A stretch of 64,000 nt of DNA from a virus. Its lineage: Duplodnaviria > Caudoviricetes. The stretch spans positions 1-64,000 of the IMG/VR virus record IMGVR_UViG_3300050581_000016; one strand, 5' to 3'. This document shows positions 63,471 through 64,000 of this stretch, in pieces. The notes beneath the pieces are model-generated. The model saw only the letters and a list, made by a program, of their open reading frames with translations, ran no database searches and was not told where the DNA came from. How positions within the stretch are numbered: the first letter of the stretch is position 1; each line of letters opens with the position of its first letter. The translations under genes and the position numbers were made by a program.

Positions 63471-63974
63471 ATGGCAGGCGTAGCAGCAGACGTGAAGATG
63501 GGCGTCTGCACTGTCAGTTTCGGCGGTGTAGACCTCGGTTATACCAGCGGCGGCGTCAAGGTAAGCTACAGGGCTGAAACCAAAGACGTCGTCGTTGACC
63601 AAGAAGACATTCCTCTCGACGTCATAGTGACAGGTCAGTCAATCGAGGTCACGATCCCTCTGGCCGAGCAGAATCTGGAGCGGCTCGGCGGCCTGCTTCC
63701 TGGAGCGACCTTTACGCAAGATGTGGCCAAACAGAAGCTGGTCTTGAGCGGCACGGCTGGCACCCGTCTTTACCCGCTCGGCAAGAAGCTGGTCATCACC
63801 CCAGTTGGTCTTACGAGCGCCAATGAAAAACTCACGATCTACAAGGCAGTTCCGCAACCTCAAATCGAGTTCAGCTACGACAAGGACAAGCAGCGCATCT
63901 ACGAGGTCGTCTTCAAGGGCGTCAAGAGTCCAAATGGGTTCGTGACATTCGGTGACGAAACGGCTGGCACTTAG
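63471..63974 (+). CDS. Major tail (tube) protein, copy 2
   Basis: Near-identical motifs to copy 1 throughout. Confidence 0.75.
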   Translation: MAGVAADVKMGVCTVSFGGVDLGYTSGGVKVSYRAETKDVVVDQEDIPLDVIVTGQSIEVTIPLAEQNLERLGGLLPGATFTQDVAKQKLVLSGTAGTRLYPLGKKLVITPVGLTSANEKLTIYKAVPQPQIEFSYDKDKQRIYEVVFKGVKSPNGFVTFGDETAGT

Positions 63975-64000
63975 CCGACGAACGGCTGACAATCAGCCGG

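Noticed and set aside
1-64000. CRISPR array or mini-array
   Set aside because: No regularly spaced direct repeats with unique spacers were seen; repeated motifs are dispersed operators, promoters and terminators.
1-64000. Stop-codon reassignment
   Set aside because: Recognisable genes are full length under the standard code and end in all three stop codons.

Overview
The window is about 63.4 kb of a large, GC-rich (~60%) temperate tailed-phage genome in its non-integrated form, preceded by about 600 bp of unrelated AT-rich DNA joined at a sharp, probably artefactual, junction. Left to right: (1) a leftward block of small early genes and a minimal ATP-dependent DNA ligase; (2) an intact attP whose core matches a tRNA-Leu 3' end, next to a tyrosine integrase and excisionase; (3) an SF2 helicase, a candidate replication origin, DnaB, primase and an XRE repressor; (4) a CobT-like VWA / CobS-like AAA+ pair and a sigma-like factor; (5) DnaE carrying an HNH intein and a C-terminal UDG-like domain, UvsY-, SSB-, RecA-, SbcD/SbcC- and RuvC-like genes; (6) nucleotide metabolism (dUTPase, frameshifted nucleoside deoxyribosyltransferase-like gene, class II RNR, PIN-PhoH, ThyX, DUF5664); (7) a candidate DNA-hypermodification cluster (three ParB-like genes, one with an intein, an IbrA/YbdN-type PAPS-reductase-fold enzyme, a GT-A glycosyltransferase and a class I methyltransferase); (8) tRNA-Gly, terminase, an AdoMet-decarboxylase-like gene, portal, scaffold, capsid, head-tail genes and two tandem tail-tube paralogues. 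Non-coding DNA shows a layered regulatory code: a palindromic operator inside the spacer of at least seven sigma70 promoters, two sigma54-type promoters with a shared 31-bp upstream element, and a third three-copy motif that may be read by the phage sigma-like factor. All calls come from motif recognition by eye; no database searches were run.
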